Assembly (NCBI GenBank): GCA_963817385.1
Contig: CAWFOM010000002.1
Coordinates: forward strand, 1 to 64,000
DNA length: 64,000 bases
Direction: 5' to 3'
Origin: an uncultured delta proteobacterium
Lineage (GTDB): Bacteria > Desulfobacterota > Syntrophia > Syntrophales > UBA5619
Shown: piece by piece, positions 20,012 through 30,916 of the stretch
Numbering within the stretch: the stretch's first letter is position 1
How the letters are laid out: each line of letters starts with the position of its first letter
The notes under the pieces: model-generated
What the model was told of the DNA's origin: nothing
What the model saw: only the letters and a program-made list of their open reading frames with translations
The model's database searches: none
Made by a program: the position numbers and the translations under genes

Positions 20012-20638
20012 TCACCGATCAGCCTCCTTCCTCCCCAGGGAGAGGAGGAAGATCGCACTGAGTGCCCGGAGGTTGGGCCAGAAGGTGATCGTTTTATGCC
20101 CGTTGAGAAACCGGGCCTTCTCCACCATAAATCCCTTCTCCCCGCAGAAACTTCGGAAATCGCTGATGCTCAGGAATCGTACGTTGGGGGTATCATACCA
20201 GCGGTTGGGAAGCGAGGGGGTCATGGGCGCCAGCCCGCCGATGCCGAGACAAACGCGGGCATTGATGTGGGCAAAGTTGGGAAACCCGACGATGACCCGG
20301 TTCCCCACCCGCAGGGTCTCCCGGAGGAGGAAGAATACCTTCCGGATCTCCTGGAGGCTCTGGTTGAGGATGACGTAGTCGAAGGAGCGGTCGGGATATT
20401 CCGCCAGCCCGCTTTCGATGTCGCTCTGGCAGACGGAGAGCCCCTTCTTGACGCATTCGTAGATTGCATTTTCGTCCAGTTCGATCCCCTGGACCCAGGC
20501 GTTCTTTTGCCGCATCAGCAGGTTCATCAGGTCGCCCGTGCCGCAACCGAGATCCAGGACGCGGGATCCGGGATCGATCATGTCGAAAATGATCTGATGA
20601 TCCGGACGGATGCCGTTATCGATGATTGCCGTTTCCAT
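20012..20638 (-). CDS. metW: Methionine biosynthesis protein MetW
   Basis: RVLDLGCGTG, VGFPNFAH, WYDTPNV; follows metX. Confidence 0.92.
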   Translation of the reverse strand: METAIIDNGIRPDHQIIFDMIDPGSRVLDLGCGTGDLMNLLMRQKNAWVQGIELDENAIYECVKKGLSVCQSDIESGLAEYPDRSFDYVILNQSLQEIRKVFFLLRETLRVGNRVIVGFPNFAHINARVCLGIGGLAPMTPSLPNRWYDTPNVRFLSISDFRSFCGEKGFMVEKARFLNGHKTITFWPNLRALSAIFLLSLGRKEADR

Positions 20639-21803
20639 TGCCGTTTCTCTCCCCGGAATAGGTCCTCTCCAGGAAATGGCGGATCAGCGTCGTCTGCCCT
20701 TCCAATTCCACTAAAAAGGCGTCATGCCCGTAGGTCGATTTCAGCTCACAGTAAGTAGCATCGACCCGTTTGCGCTTCAGGAGCCTCACGATCTCCTGGG
20801 ACTGGTACGAGGGGTAGAGCCAGTCCGATTGAAACGAGATGATCAAGAAACAGGTATCGATCCCGCTTCCGGGAATAAGTTTCCCCCCCGAAAGGTCAAA
20901 ATAATCCATCGCCTTGGTTATGTACAGATAAGAATTCGCGTCGAAACGCTTGACGAAGTTCGCTCCCCGGTACCGGAGGTACCCCTCCACCTCGAAGTCC
21001 GCATCGAAATTGAAGCTGAAGTGGCCCTTCTTGAGCTTCCGGGAAAACTTCTCCTCCATCGACTGGTCGCTCATGAAGGTGATGTGGCCGATCATCCGGG
21101 CCACGGAGAGCCCCTTCTCCGGCTGGCCCGTGTCGTAATAATGCCCCTCCCGCCAGGCGGGATCCGCCATGATGGACTGCCGGATCACCTCGTTGAAGGC
21201 GATCTGCTGGGGCGAGTGCTTCAGCGCCGTGGCAATGGGGATGGCGGAGCGGACCCGCTCCGGATAGGAGGCCACCCACTGGAGCGCCTGCATCCCGCCC
21301 ATCGAGCCGCCGGAGACGCAAAGCAGGCGTTCGATCCCGAGATAATCGATCAGATGCCGCTGGGCGTTGACCATGTCCGCGACCGTGATGAAGGGGAAGT
21401 CCGTCCCGTAGGGTTTCCCCGTTTTCGGGTCGAGGGAGGAGGGACCGGTGCTCCCCTTGCACCCTCCGATAACGTTCGAGCAGATGATGAAATAGCGGTC
21501 CGTGTCGAAGGGTTTCCCCGGCCCGATCATCGCATCCCACCAGCCGGGGCCTTTCTCGTCCCGGTGAATCCCGGCGGCGTGGGCGTCTCCGGAAAGGGCG
21601 TGCAGGACGAGGATCGCATTGGATCTCTTCCGGTCGAGCTTGCCGTAGGTCTCGTAGGCGATCGTCACCGGCCCCAGGGTCTCTCCGCTTTCGAGCTTCA
21701 GCGGCTCGTTCCCGTCGGCAAAGGTCAGATACTGGGTCTCGACGACCCCGAGCGAGTGCGCCGTATCCACGGCCACCACATCAGTTTTCTGTAAGCTTTC
21801 CAT
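20616..21803 (-). CDS. metX: Homoserine O-acetyltransferase
   Basis: HALSGDAH, GWWD, GGSMGG, RFDAN, GHDAFL. Confidence 0.95.
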   Translation of the reverse strand: MESLQKTDVVAVDTAHSLGVVETQYLTFADGNEPLKLESGETLGPVTIAYETYGKLDRKRSNAILVLHALSGDAHAAGIHRDEKGPGWWDAMIGPGKPFDTDRYFIICSNVIGGCKGSTGPSSLDPKTGKPYGTDFPFITVADMVNAQRHLIDYLGIERLLCVSGGSMGGMQALQWVASYPERVRSAIPIATALKHSPQQIAFNEVIRQSIMADPAWREGHYYDTGQPEKGLSVARMIGHITFMSDQSMEEKFSRKLKKGHFSFNFDADFEVEGYLRYRGANFVKRFDANSYLYITKAMDYFDLSGGKLIPGSGIDTCFLIISFQSDWLYPSYQSQEIVRLLKRKRVDATYCELKSTYGHDAFLVELEGQTTLIRHFLERTYSGERNGNGNGNHR

Positions 21804-21807
21804 TCCG

Positions 21808-22734
21808 TTATGCTTCCTTGAACAGCCAGGTCGACAGGTACCGCTCTCCCGTATCGGGGAGAACGACGACGATCAACTTTCCCTTGTTTTCCGGCCGTTT
21901 GGCAACCTCCAGCCCCGCCCAGAGGGCCGCGCCGCCGGAGATGCCGGCCAGGATCCCCTCTTCGCGGGCCAGGCGCCGCGCGGTGATCCCCGCGTTGTCA
22001 TTGGAGACCTTGACGATTTCGTCGATGATCGCCTGGTTGAGCACCCCGGGGACGAAACCCGCGCCGATCCCCTGGATCTTGTGCGGCCCGGGCTGCCCCC
22101 CGGACAGCACCGGCGACGCCTCCGGCTCGACGGCGATCGCCTTGAAACCCGGCTTCTTCTTTTTCAGGACTTCGGCGACGCCGGTCAGCGTCCCCCCCGT
22201 ACCGACGCCCGCCACGAGGAAGTCCGCCTGGCCGTCCGTATCCGCCCAGATCTCCTCGGCCGTCGTTTTGCGGTGGATCTCCGGGTTCGCCGGATTGTTG
22301 AACTGCTGGGGCATCATTGCCCCGGGGGTCGCCGCAACCAATTCCTCGGCCTTCCGGATCGCACCCTTCATCCCCTCGGCTCCCGGCGTCAGGACCAGTT
22401 CTGCGCCGAAGATCCCCAGGAGCTGCCTGCGCTCCATACTCATCGTGTCGGGCATGGTCAGGATCAGACGGTAGCCCTTCGCCGCCGCCACGAAGGCAAG
22501 CGCGATCCCGGTGTTGCCGCTGGTCGGCTCGACGATCACCGAGCCCTTCTTCAGGAGCCCTTTTTTCTCGGCGTCTTCGATCATGGCGGCGCCGATCCGG
22601 TCCTTCACGCTGGAGAGCGGGTTGAAGGATTCCAGTTTTACCACCACCTGCCCCTTCGTTCCCTCCGCCATGCGATTCAGTCTGACCAAGGGTGTATGCC
22701 CTATCGTCTTGGTAATGTCATCAAATATTTTCAT
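21808..22734 (-). CDS. cysK: Cysteine synthase A
   Basis: [41 protein letters not shown]. Confidence 0.96.
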   Translation of the reverse strand: MKIFDDITKTIGHTPLVRLNRMAEGTKGQVVVKLESFNPLSSVKDRIGAAMIEDAEKKGLLKKGSVIVEPTSGNTGIALAFVAAAKGYRLILTMPDTMSMERRQLLGIFGAELVLTPGAEGMKGAIRKAEELVAATPGAMMPQQFNNPANPEIHRKTTAEEIWADTDGQADFLVAGVGTGGTLTGVAEVLKKKKPGFKAIAVEPEASPVLSGGQPGPHKIQGIGAGFVPGVLNQAIIDEIVKVSNDNAGITARRLAREEGILAGISGGAALWAGLEVAKRPENKGKLIVVVLPDTGERYLSTWLFKEA

Positions 22735-22760
22735 TTTCCTTTTCCTCCTGTTTATAATCC

Positions 22761-24080
<1,320 letters not shown>

Positions 24081-24115
24081 TTATGACCCTACGGTCGATT
24101 TGATTTTTATACGAT

Positions 24116-24150
24116 AAAAAACCCGCTGCATCTTCACCGATCAGCGGGTT
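24116..24150 (-). terminator. Intrinsic terminator in the metY leader (attenuator)
   Basis: AACCCGCTG-loop-CAGCGGGTT followed by further Ts, about 60 nt before the metY start. Confidence 0.85.
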
Positions 24151-24180
24151 GTCACATTCATGGGTCCTACAAAGCGATCT

Positions 24181-24258
24181 TCACATGAACAGACCTCCCC
24201 GTCCGGTGCAATAACACCTGCACATCATCATGTTCATCAGATTATTGTCCTGTCTCAT
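24181..24258 (-). CDS. Met/Cys-rich attenuator leader peptide MRQDNNLMNMMMCRCYCTGRGGLFM
   Basis: 25 aa with 6 Met and 3 Cys; AGGAGG RBS; lies between promoter and terminator of the Met/Cys operon. Confidence 0.85.
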   Translation of the reverse strand: MRQDNNLMNMMMCRCYCTGRGGLFM

Positions 24259-24343
24259 CGTATCCGTTCTCCTCCTCTCCCCGCGCCGGGGAACTCTTCA
24301 AGACGAATGTGTCTTCCCGGGGCGCGCCCATTCCATCTCTACT

Positions 24344-24366
24344 ATTCCTACCGTTTTGGTAGACAT
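24344..24366. promoter_or_regulatory. Palindromic operator (Rrf2/IscR/CymR-like) over the predicted transcription start
   Basis: ATTCCTACC-GTTTT-GGTAGACAT. Confidence 0.5.
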
Positions 24367-24392
24367 TATAACTGCAAAATCTCTTTTGTCAA
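24365..24392 (-). promoter_or_regulatory. Sigma70 promoter of the metY operon
   Basis: TTGACA-16 nt-TATAAT, both hexamers exact consensus. Confidence 0.85.
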
Positions 24393-24526
24393 GAAAATTA
24401 TTATGAAAAATTTTTCAGTGCGGAACTTTTGTGGATTCAGGAAAATTTCCTTGACACCCGATAGCGTCTATGATCTTCAATGCAGCATCTGACCGCAGTA
24501 TAAATCTATTTCATTGGGAGGTTTTC

Positions 24527-25486
24527 ATGCCGAGTGCGCAGGATCAGTTGCTGAAGTTGGTTCGCCGATCCAAACTGTTTGTCCCGGTAAACCGGGAGAA
24601 ATTCGTCACCAAGGCCTGGACCCGGGGGGCGGACGTCATCATCCTGGATCTCGAGGACGCTATCGCCCCGTCCGACAAGGCCTCTGCCCGGAAGATGGTG
24701 AAAGACGTCATCCCCGTCGTCAACAAGGGAGGCGCCGAGATCCAGGTGCGCTTCAACCGGGATTCTGAGGAGGAGGATCTGTCCGCCATCGTGATTCCCG
24801 GTCTGGATGGTCTCATGATCCCGAAACCCGAATCGGCCGAAGAGATTCAGCATATCGACCAGATGGTCACCCGGCTTGAAAAGGAACGGGGATTGCCTGC
24901 CGGAAAGATCTATTTCGACCTGATCGTCGAGACCGCGGCCGGCGTGGTCAACATCAACAGCATCGCCAAGGCCAGTCCCCGGATCACCCAGATGAACATC
25001 GGCCAGGGGGATCTCTCCGTCAGCATGGGGTTCCCCCGGTTCATCGCGTTGAACTTCGAGCAGTACTTCTATGCCGAAAACGCGCTTCTCTTCGCTGCCC
25101 GCGCGGCCAACGTGCAGGCCCACAGCCTCGGGGCGCAAAACGGCGTCGATTTTACCGATATATCGCTGGGAGAAGAAGCGATGTTCAAGGCCTGCCAGCA
25201 CGCCCAATGGATGGGTTTCATGGGGGCCAGCATCATCCATCCGGGATGGGTCGATGCCTGCAATGAGGGGTTCAAACCGCCGCAAAAGGATCTGGATATG
25301 GCCAAGAAGGTGAAGGCGGCCCTCGACGAGGCGTATGCCCAGGGGAAAGGATCCGTGACCGTTGACGGACGCATGTATGATGTGGCCAATATGAAGCACG
25401 TCAACTACATCCTGGCGCGCGCCGAAGCCATTGCCCGGCGTGAAGCACAGAAGACCGCGGCGCGCGCCGCCGTGAAAGACGCGTAA
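24527..25486 (+). CDS. CitE/HpcH-like acyl-CoA lyase
   Basis: RRSKLFVP, IILDLEDA, VRFN, MIPK, IVET, IHP, VDGRMYD. Confidence 0.88.
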   Translation: MPSAQDQLLKLVRRSKLFVPVNREKFVTKAWTRGADVIILDLEDAIAPSDKASARKMVKDVIPVVNKGGAEIQVRFNRDSEEEDLSAIVIPGLDGLMIPKPESAEEIQHIDQMVTRLEKERGLPAGKIYFDLIVETAAGVVNINSIAKASPRITQMNIGQGDLSVSMGFPRFIALNFEQYFYAENALLFAARAANVQAHSLGAQNGVDFTDISLGEEAMFKACQHAQWMGFMGASIIHPGWVDACNEGFKPPQKDLDMAKKVKAALDEAYAQGKGSVTVDGRMYDVANMKHVNYILARAEAIARREAQKTAARAAVKDA

Positions 25487-25495
25487 GGTTGCCAT

Positions 25496-26713
25496 ATGGC
25501 CAAAGGATTGGAAGGGATCAGGGTTATCGAAGTGGGAGGCGCCGCGGCTATGCCTCTGGCTGGGCAACTCATGGCCGGTTGGGGCGCCGAGGTCATCCAT
25601 GTCGAGCCGCCCGAACGGGGCGATATGATGCGGACGTTATTGCAGGAGGGCGCCGGGGGGTGGCTGAAACCCCATGAGGTCAACTATCTCTGGGAACATA
25701 TGGACCGAAACAAAAAGGGGATCGCCATCAACATCGGCACCCCGGCGGGACAGTCGATCCTCAAACGGCTAATCGCGGGTGCGGACGTCTTCCTCAACAA
25801 CCTCCGCCCCTACGAGTTGGAGAAATTCAATTTGACCTACGCCGTCCTGACAACGGTGAATCCCAAGATCATCTTTGCCAACCTGACCGGCTATGGGCTG
25901 AAGGGGCCGGAGAAAAACGCCGGTGGTTACGATTCCGTGGCATTCTGGGCGCGGAGCGGCGTCATGGATCTCCTCCATGAGGCCGACCAAGCCCCCAACA
26001 TCTCGCGGCCCGGTTACGGGGACAGCGTCAGTTCCCTGTGCCTCTTGGCCGGAATCATGGCGGCCCTGCTGATCCGGGAGAGGACGGGGATCGGCCAGGA
26101 GGTGGAGGTCTCCCTCTTTAAGACCGCCACCTACGCACTCGGGTTCGACATCAGCCACTGTCTCACCACCGGCGAGGACGCATTCCGTCCCCGGCGCAAA
26201 ACCCTCGGGAACCCCATCCGCAACCTCTATCCCACGAAGGACGGCCGGTGGGTGATGCTGGGGATGACCAACGCCCAGCACTACTGGCCATCCTTCTGCA
26301 AGGCCGTCGAGCGGGCGGATCTGGAGAATCACCCCCGGTTTGCCACGCTGGAGGCCCGCGCCCGGAACTCCGAGGAGCTGGTGACGATCATCGAGGAGGT
26401 GTTCCGGACCAGGACCTATGCCGAGTGGATCGAGATCCTCTCCGCCAACAAGCTCGTCTGGTCGCCGGTTAAAACACCCCTGGAAGTGACCCGGGACGAG
26501 CAGGCCCGGGCAAATGATTTTTTTGTGAAATGGGACCACCCCCGCTACGGCAGGATCGAGGTCCTCAACAACCCGGTCAAGCTGTCCAAGACGCCCGCGG
26601 AGATCCGGATGCGGGCCCCCGACCTGGGCGAGCACACGGATCAGATCATGAAGGAGGCAGGTTACTCGGAAGCGGAGGTTGCGGAGCTGAAGAAGGCAGG
26701 AACCGTCCGGTAG
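25496..26713 (+). CDS. Class III CoA-transferase (CaiB/BaiF)
   Basis: LEGIRVIE, GAEVIHVEPP.RGD, RNKK, GYG..GP, APDLGEHT. Confidence 0.93.
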   Translation: MAKGLEGIRVIEVGGAAAMPLAGQLMAGWGAEVIHVEPPERGDMMRTLLQEGAGGWLKPHEVNYLWEHMDRNKKGIAINIGTPAGQSILKRLIAGADVFLNNLRPYELEKFNLTYAVLTTVNPKIIFANLTGYGLKGPEKNAGGYDSVAFWARSGVMDLLHEADQAPNISRPGYGDSVSSLCLLAGIMAALLIRERTGIGQEVEVSLFKTATYALGFDISHCLTTGEDAFRPRRKTLGNPIRNLYPTKDGRWVMLGMTNAQHYWPSFCKAVERADLENHPRFATLEARARNSEELVTIIEEVFRTRTYAEWIEILSANKLVWSPVKTPLEVTRDEQARANDFFVKWDHPRYGRIEVLNNPVKLSKTPAEIRMRAPDLGEHTDQIMKEAGYSEAEVAELKKAGTVR

Positions 26714-26800
26714 GGAATCCGGACCTGCGTCAGCGCAGGCGGGGATCTCTCACGGATGCCCGGTCATAAGGAACATCCATCACGTTAAGGAGGGAAGATC

Positions 26801-27805
26801 ATGAAAAAAGGTTGGATTGCCGTCGTTGCGGTTTGTGCGTGTTTTCTCGTAAACTTGGGGGGCTGGGGGGCGCAGGCGTCGGCCTACACCGGAGATGGGC
26901 AGAAGACCCTGATCCTCAAATCCGGCTCCGAAGATCCCGATAACGCCGCCATGGGGATGGCCGGAGTCCGCTTCGGTGAAAGGATCAAAAAGGCTACCAA
27001 CGGCAAGATTCAGATCACCCACTACGGCGGCTCGCAGCTCGGCTCGGCGCGCCAGATGATCGAGTCCGTCAAGGGCGGGGCGCTGGCTTTCATGATCTCC
27101 GGGATGGGAGGGTGGAACCCGATCCTGGACACGGCCGTTCTTCCGTACCTTTTTAGGGACCTCGATCATGCCGATAAGGTGATCAACGGACCGCTCTGGG
27201 AGGAGCAAAACAAGAGGTTGGTGGAAAAATCGGGGATCCGGACCGCCGGATGGGTCTTCCGGGGCCTGCGCAACTGCACCTTCAGCAAGGTCGCGGTCCA
27301 CAAACCCGCCGACATGGTGGGCCTCAAACTCCGCGTCCCGGAATCGGCAGTCAACATGGATACCTGGCGGGCCGTCGGCGCCAAGCCGACCCCCATGGCC
27401 ATCGCCGAGGTGTACACGAGCCTCCAGCAAGGGGCAATCGACGGCCAGGAGAACCCCACCGACTTCATCATCAAGAGTAGTTTCTTCGAGGTCCAGAAAT
27501 ACCTGGTGCTGACCGGCCACGTCAACCCGCCGGGCTGGGTGCAGATCAGCGACAAGGTGTGGCAGGATCTGACGCCGGAGACGAAGAAGGTGTGGATGGA
27601 GGTCTGGAACGGGGTCTCCATGGAACTGCGCAAGGAGATGCTCTCGAAGGAGACCGAAAACCACGCGATCTGGAAGGCCAAAGGGGGCCAGGTGATCGTC
27701 CCGGACGTTCCCGCCTTCCGGGAAGCGATGAAGGACGTCTGGAAGAAGTTCGCCCCCAAGGCCTGGGGAGAGGGATTCTACGAACGGATTCAGGCGGTCC
27801 GCTGA
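26801..27805 (+). CDS. dctP: TRAP transporter substrate-binding protein
   Basis: Signal peptide, GLKLRVP, EVYTSLQQGAIDGQENP. Confidence 0.92.
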   Translation: MKKGWIAVVAVCACFLVNLGGWGAQASAYTGDGQKTLILKSGSEDPDNAAMGMAGVRFGERIKKATNGKIQITHYGGSQLGSARQMIESVKGGALAFMISGMGGWNPILDTAVLPYLFRDLDHADKVINGPLWEEQNKRLVEKSGIRTAGWVFRGLRNCTFSKVAVHKPADMVGLKLRVPESAVNMDTWRAVGAKPTPMAIAEVYTSLQQGAIDGQENPTDFIIKSSFFEVQKYLVLTGHVNPPGWVQISDKVWQDLTPETKKVWMEVWNGVSMELRKEMLSKETENHAIWKAKGGQVIVPDVPAFREAMKDVWKKFAPKAWGEGFYERIQAVR

Positions 27806-27970
27806 ACCCCGGCGTCCGGAAGATTTGACCGGAGTCCGATCCGCCGCAGCGGCCGGGCTCGTCACCATATGATTGTGAAAATAAGCCTCGGATGCAACGG
27901 GCCGGGATGACGGCATGAATCGTCCCGGCCCGCTCCATCCGGGCTCTGGAGCAGAAGGAAAGGAGGAGGT

Positions 27971-28450
27971 ATGACAAGGCCGGGAAATCGATTTGCCGAA
28001 GGCCTGACGGCCGTTCTCGAGTACCTGAGCATGGCGTGCATCGCCCTGATGGCCATCCTCGTCATCGCCCAGGTCATTCTCCGGTATGCGTTCAACGACC
28101 CGCTCACCTGGTCGGAGGAGATGGCCCGGATCGTCTTTATCTACCTCACGTTCATCGGGATCGGCGCCGCCTACGGCCGCCGCCGGCATATGGCCATCGA
28201 CGCCCTAATTATCGAGCTTCCTGCGAAGCTCAGAAGGATCGTCGAGTTTTCGGTCGTCGGTCTCGCTTCCGCCTTCCTCATCGCCGTGATCGGTATCGCC
28301 ATCCGGTCAATGGTGGAGCTCACCAAGATGGAGGTCACCACCCCGGCGCTCGAGTACCCCATGGCCTTCGTCTATCTGATCATCCCCCTGGGGCTCTCCG
28401 CCCTCATCGCCCAGATGTGGCTCGATCTGTATAAAGAAAGGAGGTCCTGA
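27971..28450 (+). CDS. dctQ: TRAP transporter small permease
   Basis: QVILRY..WSEEMAR..HMAID. Confidence 0.9.
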   Translation: MTRPGNRFAEGLTAVLEYLSMACIALMAILVIAQVILRYAFNDPLTWSEEMARIVFIYLTFIGIGAAYGRRRHMAIDALIIELPAKLRRIVEFSVVGLASAFLIAVIGIAIRSMVELTKMEVTTPALEYPMAFVYLIIPLGLSALIAQMWLDLYKERRS

Positions 28451-29737
28451 ATGCTCCTCCTGTTCGGCATAATGTTGGTTTTCATCCTCCTGGGCATGGA
28501 GCTGGGTACGGCCATGGGGCTCAGCGGCATGGTGTACATCCTCTACTCGTGGCTCGGACCCTCACCGATCCCGCTTTCGATCATCGCCCAGAACTTTATC
28601 TACGGACTGGACTCGTTCCCCCTCCTGGCGGTTCCCCTGTTCATGCTGGCCGGGGAGTTGATGGAAAAAGGGGGGGTGACGGTGCGGCTGGTGCGGTTCG
28701 CCCGGGCCCTCGTCGGACACATCACGGGGGGACTGGCCAATGTCTCGGTCGTCGTCAACATGATCATGGCGGGGATGTCGGGCTCCTCGGTCGCGGACGC
28801 CGCAGCGACGGGGACGATCCTCATCCCGGCGATGAAAAAGGCGAACTACCCCCCGGAGATGGCCGCCGCCGTCATCGCCTCCTCCGCCACGATCGGACCG
28901 ATCATCCCGCCCAGCATCCCCTTCGTCCTGATCGGCAGCATGACCGGGGTGAGCATCGGCCGGCTCTTCCTGGGGGGGGCCGTCCCCGGCATCCTCATGG
29001 GAATCATGCTTCTCATCACCACCTATCTGATCGCCAAGAAGAGGAAAATGGCCAAGGATTCGAAGTTCGAAGGGAAAGAGCTTCTTCTGAGCACCCGGGA
29101 CGCCGTTTTGTGTCTCCTGATGCCGATCGTTGTCCTGGGGACGATGATCTTGGGGATCGCAACCCCTACCGAAGCGGCGGGGATCGCCGTGGCCTACGCC
29201 CTTTTCCTGGGAGGGGCGGTCTACCGGGAGTTCACCTGGTCGTCCCTCAAGGAGGCGCTCAGAAACAGCGCCGTGACCACGGCCTCCATCACCTTCACGA
29301 TCGCCGGGGCGAGCGTAATCGGGTGGGTGGCGACATCCGAGCAGGTCGGCCCGAAACTGGCCCAGATGTTTCTGGCCATCACCGATAACCCGCTTTTGAT
29401 CATGTTCATGATCAACATCCTGATCCTGCTCCTGGGCTTCCCCCTGGAGCCCCTGCCGATGATCATGATGCTGATCCCCATCCTGATGCCGGTGATCAAA
29501 CAACTGCATATCGACCCGGTCCACTTCATCGTGGTTTTTACGGTCAACATCCAACTGGCGCTCCTGACCCCGCCGGTGGGGGCGAACCTCTTCGTCGTCA
29601 CCGCCATCTCGAAATCGACGATCCTGGAGGTTTCCCGGGAACTGATCCCCTTTTTGGTGGCCCTGCTGGTCGCCCTCGTGATTCTGATCGTCTATCCGCC
29701 CGTTACCCTCTGGCTCCCCAAGGTGTTGATGGGATAA
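28451..29737 (+). CDS. dctM: TRAP transporter large permease
   Basis: LLAVPLFMLAG, SGSSVADAA, IIPPSIP, TPTEAA, LTPPVG. Confidence 0.94.
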   Translation: MLLLFGIMLVFILLGMELGTAMGLSGMVYILYSWLGPSPIPLSIIAQNFIYGLDSFPLLAVPLFMLAGELMEKGGVTVRLVRFARALVGHITGGLANVSVVVNMIMAGMSGSSVADAAATGTILIPAMKKANYPPEMAAAVIASSATIGPIIPPSIPFVLIGSMTGVSIGRLFLGGAVPGILMGIMLLITTYLIAKKRKMAKDSKFEGKELLLSTRDAVLCLLMPIVVLGTMILGIATPTEAAGIAVAYALFLGGAVYREFTWSSLKEALRNSAVTTASITFTIAGASVIGWVATSEQVGPKLAQMFLAITDNPLLIMFMINILILLLGFPLEPLPMIMMLIPILMPVIKQLHIDPVHFIVVFTVNIQLALLTPPVGANLFVVTAISKSTILEVSRELIPFLVALLVALVILIVYPPVTLWLPKVLMG

Positions 29738-29773
29738 TCTAAACTTTTTTTACAACTTATGAGAGGTGCTTTA

Positions 29774-30838
29774 ATGGAAGAAAAGAAGGGAAATGAATCG
29801 ATTACCGTGAGACATGAAGGGCTGACGGAGTTCTGTCTGCGCGTCTTCGAAAAGCTCGGGATGCCGCATGAGGACGCCGCGATAGCCGCCGATGCCCTGG
29901 TTCGCTGCAACCTGCGCGGGGTGGATACGCACGGCGTCCTCAGGATGCCCGTCTATACGGGCAAGGTCAAAGGGGGGTTCATCAACCCCAAACCGGACTT
30001 CCGCCTGCTTAAGGAGACGGCGGCCACGGCCCTGATCGACGGCGACAACGGCTTCGGACAGGTCGTCGGCAGCCGGGCGATGGCCATCGCGGTCCGGAAA
30101 GCCAAGGAGGTCGGCATCTCCTGCGTCTCCGTCCGGCACAGCAACCACTTCGGCACCTGCGCCCACTATTCCATGATGGCCCTTCCCCACGACATGATCG
30201 GAATCGTGCTCAGCAACGCCTCTCCCCAGATCGCCCCCACCGGCGGCGCGGAGAAGCTCCTCGGCAACAACCCCTGGTCGGTGGCCGTTCCGGCGGGCGA
30301 GCGGTTCCCGGTGGTGCTGGACATGGCCAACAGCGTGGTGGCGCGGGGAAAGATCCGCCTGGCCGCCAAGGAGGGAAGGCAGATCCCGAGTGACTGGGCC
30401 GTTACCCTGAACGGCGAGCCGACCACCGATCCGAAGGCTGCGCTGGCAGGTTTTTTGCTGCCCATCGGAGGATACAAGGGATACGGCATCACGCTGATGG
30501 TGGACCTGCTCACCGGCGTGCTGGCGAACTCCTCCTCCGGCCCGCGGGTGAACGGCATGGATATCGTGGATGCGATCGGAGGGGTCGGCCATACCTTCAT
30601 CGCGGTGAGCATCTCGGCGTTCGACGAGGTCGCCGCCTTCAAAGCGCGCATGGATGCATACATCGACGAGATCAAGGAATCCAAGAAGGCGAAGGGGGTC
30701 GAGGTAATCTATCTTCCCGGCGAACCGGAGTTCCTCAAGGAGCGGACAAGGCTGCAGACGGGGATACCGCTTCACATCAATATCGTAAATGATCTTCGCA
30801 AAATAGCTACTGAGACGGGAGTCCCGCTATCCCTCTGA
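29774..30838 (+). CDS. Ldh_2-family (type-2 malate/L-lactate) oxidoreductase
   Basis: RGVDTHG, DGDNGFG, SNHFG, GNNP, DMA, GGYKGYG, YLPGE. Confidence 0.92.
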   Translation: MEEKKGNESITVRHEGLTEFCLRVFEKLGMPHEDAAIAADALVRCNLRGVDTHGVLRMPVYTGKVKGGFINPKPDFRLLKETAATALIDGDNGFGQVVGSRAMAIAVRKAKEVGISCVSVRHSNHFGTCAHYSMMALPHDMIGIVLSNASPQIAPTGGAEKLLGNNPWSVAVPAGERFPVVLDMANSVVARGKIRLAAKEGRQIPSDWAVTLNGEPTTDPKAALAGFLLPIGGYKGYGITLMVDLLTGVLANSSSGPRVNGMDIVDAIGGVGHTFIAVSISAFDEVAAFKARMDAYIDEIKESKKAKGVEVIYLPGEPEFLKERTRLQTGIPLHINIVNDLRKIATETGVPLSL

Positions 30839-30916
30839 TGCAGGACTAAACGGACCGCTCACGGAGAGGCCCTTCTCTCCGGAAGCATCGGACAGCGGAA
30901 GGGAAAGAGAAACATC

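Noticed and set aside
20616..20648. metX-metW fusion broken by an error
   Set aside because: Both ORFs look complete; the overlap coincides with a short GAAACGGCAAT duplication.
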